Source: Caecitellus pseudoparvulus (lineage: Eukaryota > Protista > Bigyra: Bicosoecida). Taken from it: a stretch of 64,000 nt of DNA. The DNA is taken from positions 62,001 to 126,000 of the forward strand of contig CBFFRQ010000088.1 of the NCBI GenBank assembly GCA_965644315.1, written 5' to 3'. Position numbers and translations under genes: made by a program. Each line of letters starts with the position of its first letter. Within the stretch, counting starts at the first letter, position 1. Below, one piece after another: positions 11,357 to 23,324 of the stretch. Under the pieces are notes generated by a model. It was not told the origin of the DNA. It did no database searches and saw only the letters and a program-made list of their open reading frames with translations.

Positions 11357-14300
11357 ATGGATGCAGTTGCGGATGTGTTTGAAGGGGACTCCTTTGAAGA
11401 TGCAGAATGGGAAGACTTTGGAGATGCCAGCACCCGAGAGGTCGTCCTGTTCTCCATGGAATGGTGCGGCGAGAGAGAGGAGCTGGTGCAGTGCACTTGC
11501 CGCACCGGCCTCCCGCGTCCTCCCCACGTCACAGGGACAGTGAGATGGACCTGGAGAACTGCATCGTCGCGGCAGGACAGTACGGAGGTGGGTTTACCCC
11601 GGATTGCGGAGTGTTGCTTTCTGCCGCACTGTTTTCCCGTCGCCTGGCCTTCCCTCCCCAGGCCCAATTGCGGTGGCCCGCAACCCGCACAAAATGACGG
11701 CATATTTTGGCGATGGAGACAAGGACGACGTGAGGATTTTCACCCCTGCTGGACAATTGCTGGGTGCAGCGAAGCCCGCGGACAGCAGTCTGGGTGGAGC
11801 AAACAATGTTGCGGCGCTGCACTGGACACCCAGTGAGATGCTGGTGGTGGTGCGAGAGGACGGCGCTGTGGACACGTTCAACTTGCACGGTGAAAGGGAA
11901 GGGGAGGCCTTTCCATTGTCAAGTGCACTGGGGGGCTACCTTGTGCTGCACACTGCCATGTCAGGGTATACCCTGGCGGCAGTGTTGGTGCCTGGCGCAC
12001 TGTCAGGGCAAGGCGCCGCCTCGGGCCCCGAGCTAGTCGTCGTTCCAGACGTGCGCCGGCCCTCCACGAGGGAGAGCTCAGATCTGGGGCTGCTCGGAGG
12101 GGGCGCGCCGACGTCCATGACGCTGCTGGGCGCCCTGCACGCCCCCTCACGCAAAGCGGAAGTCATCATGTCCACCACCTCTTCGTCTCTGCTCGTGGCG
12201 AGCGCGCCTCACTACGAACCGGAAGATCAACGTTTGCAGCAAGTGTTCGGCACTCCCATTCTGGACTTGGCTGTGTCGCCGTCCGGGCGCCTCCTGGCGG
12301 GTTTCGGAGAGAATGGGATTCTGTTCGTGGTGACCACCGACATGCGCAAGAAGGTGCTGCAATTCGACACACAGTGCTCTGCCAGAGGCATGCCACCGCC
12401 TCACCAGCTGCTCTGGGTAGGGGGGTCCCCTGCGCGCATCACAGCAGACGCGAACGAGGCTCTGGACTTTGCAGTTGCGCTGGTGTGGCACGAGAACGGC
12501 ATCATCATGGTGAACCCGCACACGGGGGAGGACGCCAAGGTGGATGTCGTGGAGCCTCTCTTTGCTGTGCAGGAGGTGGACTGTCTCCGGTTTTTCACCT
12601 CTGAAAACCACAGCATGGTGCAGCAAGTGCCGCCGAGCATCGTGAACGTGCTCAGCATCTCCTCCGAGTCACCAGCTCGTCTGCTGCGCGACGCTTCCAC
12701 AGACTTTGCCAGGCGAGACGCCGCCTGTGACGACGACATCCGCTACCTGCAGTCTGAAGGGCACCTGCACGATGCTGTCTTGGACTGCATCGATGGTGCT
12801 GTGCGCCATTGGCTGCCAGAGCGCCAGAAGGAACTCCTGCGCGCTGCCAGCTACGGCAAGCGCTTTGACGTGGACTTTAGTGCAGAGGTGTTGACGACGG
12901 CTGTCAAGTGCCTGCGCACTTTGAACCAACTGCGCTCACCAGAAGTGGCGATGCCGCTCACTGCCCGGCAGTTTGACATCCTCACTCCTGAAGCAGTGTT
13001 GGGGCGGCTGCTGCTGCGCAGCCAACACGCTCTCGCGCTGGGCATGGCGGAGTACTGGCCGCTGCCAGCCCTGCGCTCGCGTGTCGTGGAGCACTGGGCA
13101 TGTGCAAAGATTCGCAGGGAGGCTTGTGTTCGCCCACACAAGGCCATAACGGATGAAATCTCGAGCCGGCTGCGGGAAGCGCGGCTGACGTCCTGTCCAT
13201 ACTCCAAGGCAGCATACAGCCTGGGAGAGGGCTCCGCGTCCCGTTCTTCCGGACTTGCAGTCTCGTACGCTGACATGGCTGCGGCTGCTCAAGCTGTAGG
13301 GCAGCAAGAGCTGGCGACGTCGCTGCTGAAGCTGGAGCCACGAGCTGCAGAGCAGGTGCCACTGCTGCTGCAGATGGGAGCCGGTGCAGAGGCCCTGCAG
13401 CGGGCGCTGGAGTCAGGGGACATGGACCTCGTGTACCTGTCCCTGCTGCACCTGAAGCAGAGCATGTCCTTGCAAGCAGGGCACATGGGGCCGGAAGGCC
13501 AGCCCATCAGCGGGGAAGAGGCTTTCATAAATTTGACCTTGCGCAGCCACCGGGCTGCTCAGCTGCTTGTCCGGTACGCCACACACCAAGACCCTGACCT
13601 GGCGGCGCGCATGCACGCTGCGCGCTCCGACTTCATGCAAGCTGCACGGGCAAGCCTCATCATGGCCTTCGACCAGCCCCCCAGTGCAGACAACCCTGAC
13701 GACCGTATCCGGGAGAGCGTCTTGCGCCGGGAGGCTGGCGTCGTGCCGGGGGGTGAAGCTGCCGCAGAGGCAGAGGAGGCCGGCATCGCGAACGCTGCAG
13801 ACATGCTGCGCAGGGGCGCTGATGCTGGGCAAAAGCCGCTGGGCTTCTTTGCCGCTGTCGCGGATCAGGCCCGAGCCTTGCGGGCCGTGCAGCACTCCAT
13901 CCACGACAAGCACAGTGTGGACGTGGTGGGGGACAGCTTGGTGGACACCGTCGCCGCACTGCTGGCCGCAGGCGACGAGCGCCTGGCAGGCAAGGTAAAG
14001 GCGGACTTCAAGCTGTCCGACCGTCATTTCGCCACGACGAAGCTGCGCGTCCTGACTGCCATGGGCAGGTGGGAAGAGCTCCTGACATGGGCCAAGTCCC
14101 GCCGCTCCCACGCCATTCCCTGGAAGGCCTTCGTGGATGCTGCCATCGCGGGGCACTCCCCGGCAACGGCTGCAGAGCTGGCCACGAAGCTCCCAGACCT
14201 GGAGGATCAGTTCCAAGTGTTCATGGATGTGGGCTTCTTCTCAGAGGCAGCCGGCGTGGCTGCCAAGCTAAAGGACGCACCCAGGCTGCAAGCGGTGGCC

Positions 14301-14363
14301 CAAGCCACAACAGCACCGGCAGTTCAGTCCCGCGTGCGTGAGGCGCTGGCAGCGCTGCAGTGA
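11357..14363 (+). CDS. VPS16: Vacuolar protein sorting 16 (HOPS/CORVET subunit). Exons 11357-11463, 11535-11587, 11662-14363.
   Basis: Removing GT-AG introns 11464-11534 and 11588-11661 restores the Vps16 N-terminus FSMEW-DSEMDLENCIVAAGQYGGPIAVAR. Downstream motifs are QKELLRAASYGK, LRTLNQLR..VAMPLT, EPRAAEQVPLLL and ALESGDMDLVYLSLLHL. Confidence 0.93.
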
Positions 14364-14391
14364 AGCACGTCACAGTTGCATTGGCGGCCCA

Positions 14392-17300
14392 TCACCTCAG
14401 AGCCTGCAGGAGGATGTCTTGTGCGCGGTCCAGTTGCTTGGAGACGGGCGTCGCAGCTGCCGTGCGTGAGCGGTCCTCACTGGTTGCGCCACCCAGGCGG
14501 CGCTTGACGGAGTTGATGACGGAGCGAATGAACGAGTGCTCGTCTGGGCTGCCGGAAAAGTCACAGCCGCGCTCGTGCATGCGGAAGAAGAGCAGCTCCA
14601 GCTTGGCCACCATGCCAGCCGTCATGGAGTCAGCCAGGCCCGAGGACTCGTCAGTGGAGTCGAACAAGTTGAATGCAATGAGCCCCAGCACCTCCAGGAA
14701 CTCCACGTACACCAGCTGGTCCGACGCGTCGTCGGCCTCCAAGCCCCGGTTGGCCTCCCGGAAGATGTTGGCCAGGTCGGTACGGTTGATCATCTCGCTG
14801 AGCTTGTACTCCCGGGCAAAGGCCAGGAACTGTGCGCGGGTCAGGAACTTGTGCGTGTCTCGCACCGCTGCCCAGCTGCCCTTGGACGCGGCGGCAGTGG
14901 AGCCCATGGAGTAGCGGTAAAACATGCTCTCCATGGCGCCCTTGTGCGTCTTGAACCACGCCACCACCTCCTCGGCCAAGAACTCCTTCTCGAAGGCCTT
15001 CTTGAACTCGGACACCCCAACGCCGAGGATGTCCTGCGCAAAGACGGGGTCCCGCAGGAGGTCCTTGTGCACAGGCAGGATGTTGTCCCGCAGCAGGCGT
15101 GCGAGAGCCTCCTGCTGCTCAGCGGCGGGCACTTGGTCGATGAGGGCTGTGCGGGAGCGGTGAGACGCCACCTGGGCATCCATGCCGCGGGAGAACTTCA
15201 GTGTGGCCGTCATCATCAGCACCATGACAAAGCCTTGGAAGCTGAGGCGTGTGGACGTGGTCACGACGCCACCCGAAGGGGAGCCAGCTGGAGCCCCCGC
15301 GGCGCGCTCGGCGTCCACCTGTGCCTTGGCCGCGCGCACAAACAGGATGTCCACCTCTGATGACGTCACGCGGCTGTCCAGCGCCCGGGCGTCACGCAGC
15401 AGGCGCAGGTACTGCGGAGCCTTCAGCTGAGGGTGCTCCTCAAGCCGGGCACCGAAGGACGCGTAGTACGAGAAGATCTGCTGCAGGCGCTGCATGTCTG
15501 TGAGGTCTTTGGCAGCAGCATGTGCGGCAGCTGCCATCTCTGCACGGCCCTGCACGGTCACCTCGCCGACGCCGAAGCGCCGGACGGCAGCGTTCTGAGC
15601 CGAGTGGTCCACGACATGCTCCTGGCCAGCTGCAGCTGCAGCGCGCTCACGTGCCTGCTTCATGGCGCGTGCTCGGCGCTCCACAGAGGGTGACACGGCT
15701 GAGGACAGGTCCCGGGCGGCAGTGCTGGTGCCAAAGGCGTGGGCTGCCTCGCGGGAGGCGGCCTGCCCCGTCACGGGCGAAAAGCCAGCCCGTGTGGAGA
15801 AGTGGCCGCCTGAGTTGGCTGCATCGCCGAATTGCGACGCGATGAGTACTTGGCGAGCCGCTGCTGCAGCCTGAGCAACGGAGGGGGGGGGGGGGACAAG
15901 GGCAGTGAGAGGTGCGGGGGGAGGGGGTCAGTGGGCAGAGTGGACATTGAAAGTGAGCGACGCGTCATCTGAGGATGTGGACGAGCCACTCAAACGAGGC
16001 GCCTTGGCAGCAAGGGCGATGGCTTTGAGGTACTCCAGCTCGGGGGGCACTTCATGCGCTCCAGGGGGGTGCGCCCAAGCACTCACTTGCTTCTGCTCTT
16101 CAGCTTGAGCGGCCTTGGCCGTGTGGTGGGCGCGACTGGCAAAGCCTGCCACGTCCTCCTTGCGAATGCCGCGCTTGGCTAGGGCTTCCTCGACTTCCTT
16201 CCTGCAAGTGGGGGCGGATGTGAGCGCACATTGAACGGGGGCGAGGGGGGGGGGGTGCGTTCCACTGCACAGCAACGCGCCACGCACTGCCGCTGGGCTT
16301 CGTCAGGGGACGGTCCTTGGGCCTCCTCGCTTTCAGCAACGCGGGGCCTGGCGCCACCCGCACCTGAGCTGCGGTCCACAGCGTCGGCAGTGCTGTACAC
16401 AAATGGGCCCAGGTTGGCCACCTGCTCGGACACCTCTCTGGCGCGGGAGTTGATCTCACGCAGCAGGGGGTACATGGGATCATCCCCAGGGATGGAGGGG
16501 ATGGACGCGTCCAAGGCTGTCTGCAGGCGGGAAGTGGCTGCCTGCAGCCGGGCGAAGTGGTCGCGCCATCCCCGCACCTTCTGCCCCAGCGCACGGTGCG
16601 CCTTGGTCTTGCGCTCCAACTTGCCCTGCAGCGTCTCCACCTCCGCGTACAGCTGGTGGCGGGCGATGGCGCTCTGACTGCGGGCGGTCTGCAGGTTCTG
16701 CTGCAGGCCGCTCACCTCAGCGCGCAGCTTGCGCTCAGTGGGGCTGCCCTTGGGGCTGCGTGCAGGCTCCCCGGTGGCTTGCAGGGCCAAGGTCTGGTCC
16801 TGGTACGCGGCCCGGCTGCGGGTGTCGTCCATTTGCACTGCTGCCATGCCTGCTCCTCGGCGTGTGTTGGCTTGGTACTCCTCCCACGTGTGCCCCAGCT
16901 CCCCGGAGCGGTCCACGTGGGCCCGCACGGTGGGCGGGGAAAAAGTGGTGTGGGCGGGGTAGTGCCCGGGGCCCGGGACCCAACCCTTGTCCGTCTTGAA
17001 GCGGGGCGCACGTGAGAAGTTGGAGATGCGCACGCCATCCGTGCCCACCTTGCGGGAGGGAGACGCGGAGCGGTAGATGGGGGAGCGGTACACCACCTTG
17101 GACGGCTGCACGGTGCTGCCGGGGCTGTGACGAGGACCACGGGAGGCACCACCCGACACTGAGCGCGGGCTGCGCTCTTCCACTGGTGCAGCTACCGCTT
17201 GGAAGTCGTATGCAGCGCTGGGGGGTGGAGGGGGCGCTGCCTGCGCCTGGCTTGGTGGCACACCATCAGGCCCGCGTGGAGGCGTGCCTGGGCCAGTGGA

Positions 17301-17578
17301 GGGAGGAAGGCCTGAGGCAGCAGAGGCAGCGGCCATGTGTTGCTGGGCCAGGGCTCGGATCTGAGCCTCAGCTGCCGCATCTTCCCGCCGCTCTGCCCGC
17401 AGCCTGCGCAGGGGAGGGCGCATGTGCAGGAGGTTGCAGGGAGCTGCACTGCACTTGGCAAGCTTCACCGCCGCTGCGTAGCTGGTGCAAGCGCAGCGCA
17501 TGCCGGCTGGAGCACTCACTGGGCTTCCACTGCTTGCAATTCTGCCAGATGGCTCGCGTGCACATGCCCGGATGCCAT
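14392..17578 (-). CDS. Coiled-coil protein with one SHIPPO/PGP repeat and two p25-alpha/EF-hand-like modules, probably flagellar or microtubule-associated. Exons about 17578-17520, 17403-16288, 16201-16087, 15870-14392.
   Basis: ATG in GCCACCATGG context at 17578. In-phase GT-AG introns at 17404-17519, 16202-16287 and 15871-16086 (or 15871-15945). Motifs: FSRAPRF..WVPGPGHY (SHIPPO), LQQIFSYYASF..QYLRLLRDARALDSRVTSSEVDILF and LSFQGFVMVL (p25-alpha-like), QLVYVEFLEVLGLIA. Confidence 0.7.
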
Positions 17579-18082
17579 GGTGGCGTGGTTGAAGAGCTGC
17601 TACCGAAAGCTGTCGACGGAGGGCGCCAAGTTGACCTGCCAAGCTGCACAGCCAGCAGGGAGCTGCGAACGTTCCCTTCACAGGCTAGGAGCTGCTAGGG
17701 CCACACAATTTGAATGTGGAGAGCGTGAAGGTGGTTCTGGTTTGACCGCATCGGCAGACTGCCTTCCCTGACCCGGCGGAAAGAGGTTGCTTGCGACAGC
17801 CGCTGCTCGTGTGACTTCAGGGGGCGCTGCTGGCTCAGTGCGAGGGGCTCCGCACAGGCGACGCCTCTGGGCATTGCTTGACCTTGCCCAATTCAAGCCA
17901 GCTCCGTCCAGCTGCGCAGATCTCCCGTTTCTAGCCTGCAGCTGCCTGCATAGTACGTCGGCTTGGTTGGCACGCGTTCAATTTCCGCGCCCAGCCTGTG
18001 CGTGCCCGAGGCTGGCGCTCTTCTGGCCAACACAACGCCACAGGCGTGTGGCTGGCACAGGGTGCGGATTTCAAAGGTAGAC
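17579..18082. promoter_or_regulatory. Divergent promoter region between the p25-like gene and SUZ12
   Basis: Head-to-head ATGs about 500 bp apart. Contains CAATTTCCGCGCC (17979-17991) and TTTGAA/TTCAAA (about 17709 and 18070). Confidence 0.45.
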
Positions 18083-21000
18083 ATGGCAGGTTCGCCGAGT
18101 GCAGGCTCCAGTGCAGCGTTTGACGCTGGCTTTGCGGACGCCTTTTCGTTGTACACGGAGTTGGCCGACAGACAGCGTTTGAACCCGGGCTTCCTGCCTC
18201 GCACTTTGAGGTGAGACGGCCAAGCGGCACACGCCGTGCCACCGAACTTTTTTGCTCTATTTCCATGCCTGCCGTGTACTTGTGCAGTTATCGCCTGGCG
18301 GCATCCCGGGATGAAGGGCGTGCAGGCAGTGTCCCAGTGACCGCTGGCGTGAGCGCTGCTGCCGTGGTGCGCGACGTGCGTGTGGCGGGGGGGGGGCAGC
18401 TGGCGCAGCACATGGCCAGTGGTGCAAGAGGAGCACAGTGGACAGACTGTCTGTGTGTGGCCTTGTTTCTGGTGCAGGCGCCCACTCCCACTCGCCCCGG
18501 CACCAGCACAGAGGGCCGTTTCTACGTGGTGCAGGCCGCCGTGTGCAAGCTTGGCCCTGCGCTGGATGCGGCAGCGTCCGAGGCCGTGCCTGACCCACAC
18601 ATGGAGTGGGGGGGGCAGTCGCCCTTAGGGGGGCCTGTCCACCCTGTCTTGTTTCTGCAGCCCCCCACCCTGCCCCAGGCCTTCCAGCCAGAGTGGCGCG
18701 ACAGCGCCATTGTGCGCCTGCACGAAGGCACCCTGCGCAGCCGCCGGCTGAGCCTCCTTCTCCTGCCCCTCTCCACACAGCCCAGCGAAGCCGTGCCTCC
18801 CCACGCCCAGCTACTGTCGGCAGTGGCGGCGCTGCCCACGGTGGCCATGTGCCAGCACCTCAACGGCGCCTGCCCCAGTGCCACCTGCGACGCCATGCTG
18901 CGGGCGTCCCAGTACCTGCTGCAGGGCACTGCGTCGGCACTGGCAGCGAGTGCACCTGGGATCACAGCCCCTTCTGATAGCGACGGCAAGGGAGGCATCG
19001 CCCCCACACCGCCCCTGTTCATCCTTCCCCTGGGGCAGACGCTGCCCGCCATGGGGCAGCGCCTGCGGCAGGGCAGTCCAGCAGCCAGGACGGGCGGCGG
19101 CAAAGAGGCAGGGGTGACAGGCACCATGGTGTTGTCCATGGCGCCGCCAGAGGCGTCTGAGCTGCGTCGCATCGTGGGCCCTGCCGCCATGACGCTGCAG
19201 CACGCGGTTGCCCTGGTGCTGCACTGCGCCGTGGGAGTGCAGGTATCCCTGGCCATCACACAAGCCCTCACTTCGGGCGCAGCATCTGGCATGAGCATGG
19301 AGCAGGTGGCGGGGGAAGTGGGCGTCACTTGGGCAGCACTGGCGCCCCTGCCGCTCTGGGTGGGCAGCGGCTCCAACCTCGTCGCGTCACGTGCAGTCGC
19401 CGGCGCCCTGCCCAAGACGCAGTCCCCCAAGGCGTCCCCCAGGCGTGGTGCTTCACAGTGGTGGGCCAACACGGGGCCATACCACCCACGAGGTGGTGCG
19501 GGTGGAGCCACTGCCCCTGGAACGCAAGCCCCCTGTAACCCAGCCTTGGCGTTGCCTGCACGCCTTGGCGTCAAGGGGCGCTTCTCCCTGGCGCATGGCA
19601 TGGGGCTGCAGACGCCGGTGGGGGGGGCAGGGCAGCTATCGCAGGAGGCTCTGTGGGGCGCGCTGCACCCCCGCGCCCCCCGCGACGTGGTGGCCCACGC
19701 CCTCCAAGCTCAAGCCATGGACAGCGTCGGCATGGCTGCACTGTGCGACGTGCACTGTCTCAGCACCAACCACGCCCTCGTGCCAGCCCATGTCCTGGAC
19801 CCAGTCCTCTCAGCCGGCCTCGTGCAGCCCCGTCCTTCCTCACTCTATCCTGCCGCCGCCCTGCCAGTGGAGCTGCGAGGGCAGCGGGCCAACCCCCACT
19901 GGGCCCGGCGCCTGGCGTCCTGCACTGAGGTTGTCGTGCACTGGTGGGCTGGGGCGTCCCCGCCCGTGTACCGGCAGGAGCAGTTGCCACGCCCCACCTG
20001 CCCCGTCTGCGGTCAGCTGTGCGGCTCCGGTCTGGGGCTTGTCGCGCACTTCGCGAGCAGCCACGAACACCTCCGCGCGGCGGTGTTCCAAGAGGCATTC
20101 CTGCCCTCCGAAGGGGCTGTGTTGGGCAGCCGGTCCAACGCAGGCGCCGTCGTCCCCACACGTCGCCTGCACCTGCACATCTCGCCCTCTGCCGCTGACC
20201 TCGTCGTGGTGGCTGCACAGACTGGACCGCACGTAGACTGGAACAAGCGCGAAGCGTGGGCGTTGCGGGGAGGGGGCCGCGGCACCAAGCGGCGCCGCAG
20301 CGCTGCCAATGCCAGTCTCCGCAGCCCCAAGCGCACTGCCGCTGGTAGTGGCGCAAGCGACGCCCGCAGTCCCGGCCCTGCCGCTGCGGCTCCTGAGTCA
20401 GGGCTGCCGGGAGACTCCAGAGTGCTCGCCCCTCTGCAGACTGCAGGTGGGGCGTGCGAGGGCGTGGTGGGGCTGGCTGCCTTGCCCGCCGTGCGCCTGC
20501 CTGCCTGCATCCTGCCGCCCACTGTGGAAGAGGCCAAGACCGCTGCCGCAGAAGCACCCCCCAACGACGGCATCTTGGACGTCGTCGCCGACTCAGCTGT
20601 CATGCTCAGCAAGCAGTTCGCGTTCTGTGCCCGTCGCTGTGGCATGGCCGGGCACCAAGCTCGCCGGCGCCATCGTATGGCTGCAGCTGCTGTGAGGGCG
20701 TCCCTGCGTGGCGTGGCACCCCTGCCCCGCCCAGCACGGGCTACTGGGCCAGCGGCACATCTGGCAGCCTTCAATGAGGAGAATGCCGCGGTGGGGCCAG
20801 GCGGCGCGGCGTGGGTGACGGCGGCGTCCTTCTTGGCAGGGCACTCACAGCAACCCCACAGCATGGCAGGCCTGGCGAGCACGACGAGTAGCTCCGGCGA
20901 GGCACAGGGCCAGGCGTCAGGAGCAGCAGGGGAGTACCCGCCCTCAGTCGTGCCGGTGGACGGGGGGAGCAGCGTGCCAGCGGCTGCTGGGCGGCCCAAA

Positions 21001-21617
21001 GCCGCCAAAGGTGGCAGGGGCGATGGTGCCCCATTCAACGCCGTGCTCGGGCCCCGCACGTACTACCACTCCCGCACGGGGCAGCCAGTGCGTGAGTGGG
21101 AGGAGGTGGTGGACAGCGACGACGACACGGACGGCGCGTGGATGGTGCACGCTTCCGAGCGGCTGCTGGACGAATTCGAGGACATTTCCCTGGAAGAGAA
21201 GGAACTCATGAAGCTGTGGAATCGGCATGTGCATGACCTGGGCGTCGTCACTGGTGCGTGCCGCCCCAGCCGCGCGTGCCCGCGACGCCCCTCGTCACCC
21301 CCCTCACTCGCCCTTTCGCAGACCGCATGGTGCCCCGGGCAGTCATCTCCTTCGCCCGCCAGCATGGCCCCACGATTGTCCTGCGTGGGCTGCGCCATAA
21401 CCTGCTGCTGCACCTCACCACGCTGTGGGACTTTGCCGTGCTGGACTCCCGCACCATTCTGCATGCCATGCGTATTGTGGATGCGTATGCCACTGCCATG
21501 GGCATCGCCCCTGGCCCAGAGGGGTACCAGAAGCTGCTGCACATCGTCAAAGAAGATACTACTGTAGGAAAAGATGTGACCCTTGCAGGACGTCGCGAGG
21601 GCGGGGCAGAGGCATGA
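18083..21617 (+). CDS. SUZ12: Polycomb PRC2 subunit of the SUZ12/EMF2/VRN2 family (VEFS-box). Exons 18083-18210, 18288-21253, 21322-21617.
   Basis: N-terminal LYTELADRQRLNPGFLPRTLSY is restored by intron 18211-18287. C2H2 finger CPVCGQLC...HFASSH. VEFS box RTYYHSRTGQP..DSDDDTD..LLDEFEDISLEEKELMKLWNRHV continues after intron 21254-21321 as DRMVPRA..F..HNLLLHLTTLWDFAVLD. Confidence 0.9.
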
Positions 21618-21625
21618 AATGCATT
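21618..21625. terminator. Palindromic AATGCATT between convergent SUZ12 and SDHAF4; candidate bidirectional polyadenylation signal
   Basis: It immediately follows the SUZ12 stop and lies about 36 nt after the SDHAF4 stop. AATGCA recurs behind six other stop codons in the window. Confidence 0.5.
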
Positions 21626-21660
21626 GGGATGGTCAGGAAACTCCAGCGAAACGCAGCCAG

Positions 21661-21987
21661 CTAGAAGTCTGTGCAGCGGCCCCGTCGCTCCCAGTCTCCG
21701 AAGCGGGTGGGTTCCGGCATCGTCCCGCCTTTGGTAGGACCACCCCACTCCCCCGTGCTGGGGTCGATCATGGGCACCATGTCTTCGTCGTCAGAGTCCA
21801 CGTCATCCTCTGGCGTCACATCGCTGGCCTTGGGCGTTGAGTGCTGCACCTTCACTCCTGCCGTCGCCGAAGAGGCGGGGGCGCACAGCCAGCGAAGGGG
21901 CATTGAAGGTGTTGTCAAAAGAACCCGCTGCGGAAACGTCGTCAAGGCGCTCAAAGCCCGCCGAGGAACAAGGCAGAGACTGGCCAT
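21661..21987 (-). CDS. SDHAF4: Succinate dehydrogenase assembly factor 4 (DUF1674/Sdh8), mitochondrial
   Basis: Signature C-terminus TGEWGGP..G..PEPTRFGDWERRGRCTDF. Arg/Leu/Ala-rich, acid-free N-terminal presequence. Confidence 0.93.
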   Translation of the reverse strand: MASLCLVPRRALSALTTFPQRVLLTTPSMPLRWLCAPASSATAGVKVQHSTPKASDVTPEDDVDSDDEDMVPMIDPSTGEWGGPTKGGTMPEPTRFGDWERRGRCTDF

Positions 21988-22260
21988 GCCGATGTTGCCC
22001 CGATGTCAGGCTGCAGGAGGTGCTGTGCAGGGCTGGATTCCGCTTGCAGAAGCTACTTCAGGGCATTCACAAAAAATACAGATCTGATCATTTTGTGGCA
22101 TGCAATGCAGTGTCACCAAATGCCCCCTGGCGTGGTCAGCCTGCTCGAGACGCTCGGTGGGCTAGTGCGGAAATCGGGAGAACGGCGCCTGCTTGGGCTG
22201 AGCCTTCGATTCTGAACTCGCTTGCACCTGGGCGTGAACCCTTCCCTTATCGCGTGTATC

Positions 22261-23166
22261 ATGCTGCGCTTTGCTGTGCGGCAGTCTTCCAGGCTCGCTG
22301 CAGACGCGCGGAGGCACTTGCGTAGACCACCACAAGTGATTTCCGCACTTTGCACGGCTTCCTCCCCAAGTCCAGACGAAGATGCAGCGGCCCAGGAGGC
22401 CTTGAATGCAGCAGAGGGCCTTGATGGGCGGTATGGCGAGTGGGTGCGGGAGTTTAATCTGGCAACACGCACCAAGCCTGCAGCTCTGCTGGCCGCCATG
22501 GTGGGCTCTGAGTTTGCGCTGCTGGGCACCACGTACACGCTGCTGTCCATGGCTGAGTCCGCCATCCCAGCCGACCTGGCCGTGGCATACATGGTAAACC
22601 GTGTGTTGAAGCGCTTCCGCATGCCTGTGGACCTGGCAGTGACCGCTACCATCGCACGCCTCCTGCCAAACTTCACCCACGCCAAACTCACACGGGTGCT
22701 GTCCAAGCCGTTTGCTCAGCTGGCTGCCGCACGCAGGGCACCAGCCGACCCCACGAAGCCAGGCCCTTCTTTCATGGGCATTGACCGGGACGGCAACGTC
22801 ACCAGCAAGTGGCTTCGGCCCGTGACGAACGTCATCGACAGCTACGGCGTCCTGTACGCGCTGGGTGCACGGCTGACAGGCGTCGCCAGTACCCTCACCA
22901 TCTACGCTCTCCTGCGTTCAGGCACAGACGTGCAAGCCCTGACAGAGTGGGCTGGTGTGGCTGCCGCCGGCAACACGGCAGGCGCCTTCGCTGCCACGGT
23001 GCTGCTGACCTCCACCGCCTACTTTCCCGTCTGCATCTTGGGCGCGCCGAGCATGGCTAGGCAGCTGCAGCAGCGCCTGCCCATGCTGTTCAAGGCTGAG
23101 GAGGAGTTCACGGGCAGTGTGTCAGGGCAGCCTCGTGCGGAGAGTCCAAGAGATGGGGAGCGCTAA
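22261..23166 (+). CDS. Mitochondrial membrane protein with two FAM210/DUF1279-like repeats
   Basis: Presequence MLRFAVRQSSRLAADARRHLRR from the ATG at 22261. Segments DLAVAYMVNRVLKRFRMPVDLAVT and SYGV...IYALLRSGTDVQAL..AG...AGAFAA resemble DUF1279. Confidence 0.6.
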   Translation: MLRFAVRQSSRLAADARRHLRRPPQVISALCTASSPSPDEDAAAQEALNAAEGLDGRYGEWVREFNLATRTKPAALLAAMVGSEFALLGTTYTLLSMAESAIPADLAVAYMVNRVLKRFRMPVDLAVTATIARLLPNFTHAKLTRVLSKPFAQLAAARRAPADPTKPGPSFMGIDRDGNVTSKWLRPVTNVIDSYGVLYALGARLTGVASTLTIYALLRSGTDVQALTEWAGVAAAGNTAGAFAATVLLTSTAYFPVCILGAPSMARQLQQRLPMLFKAEEEFTGSVSGQPRAESPRDGER

Positions 23167-23324
23167 GGTGGAACGCGCCCCACGTGCCGCGGCCCAATCC
23201 AAAACATCACTTCGTTCAAACTCCACTGAGATGGAACGCATGTTGCATCAGCTGACGTGCTGGGTGGCCACCTGGAGCGCCTGCCGCCTGAACAAGACAC
23301 GGTACAGCAGCACTTGCACGCAGG

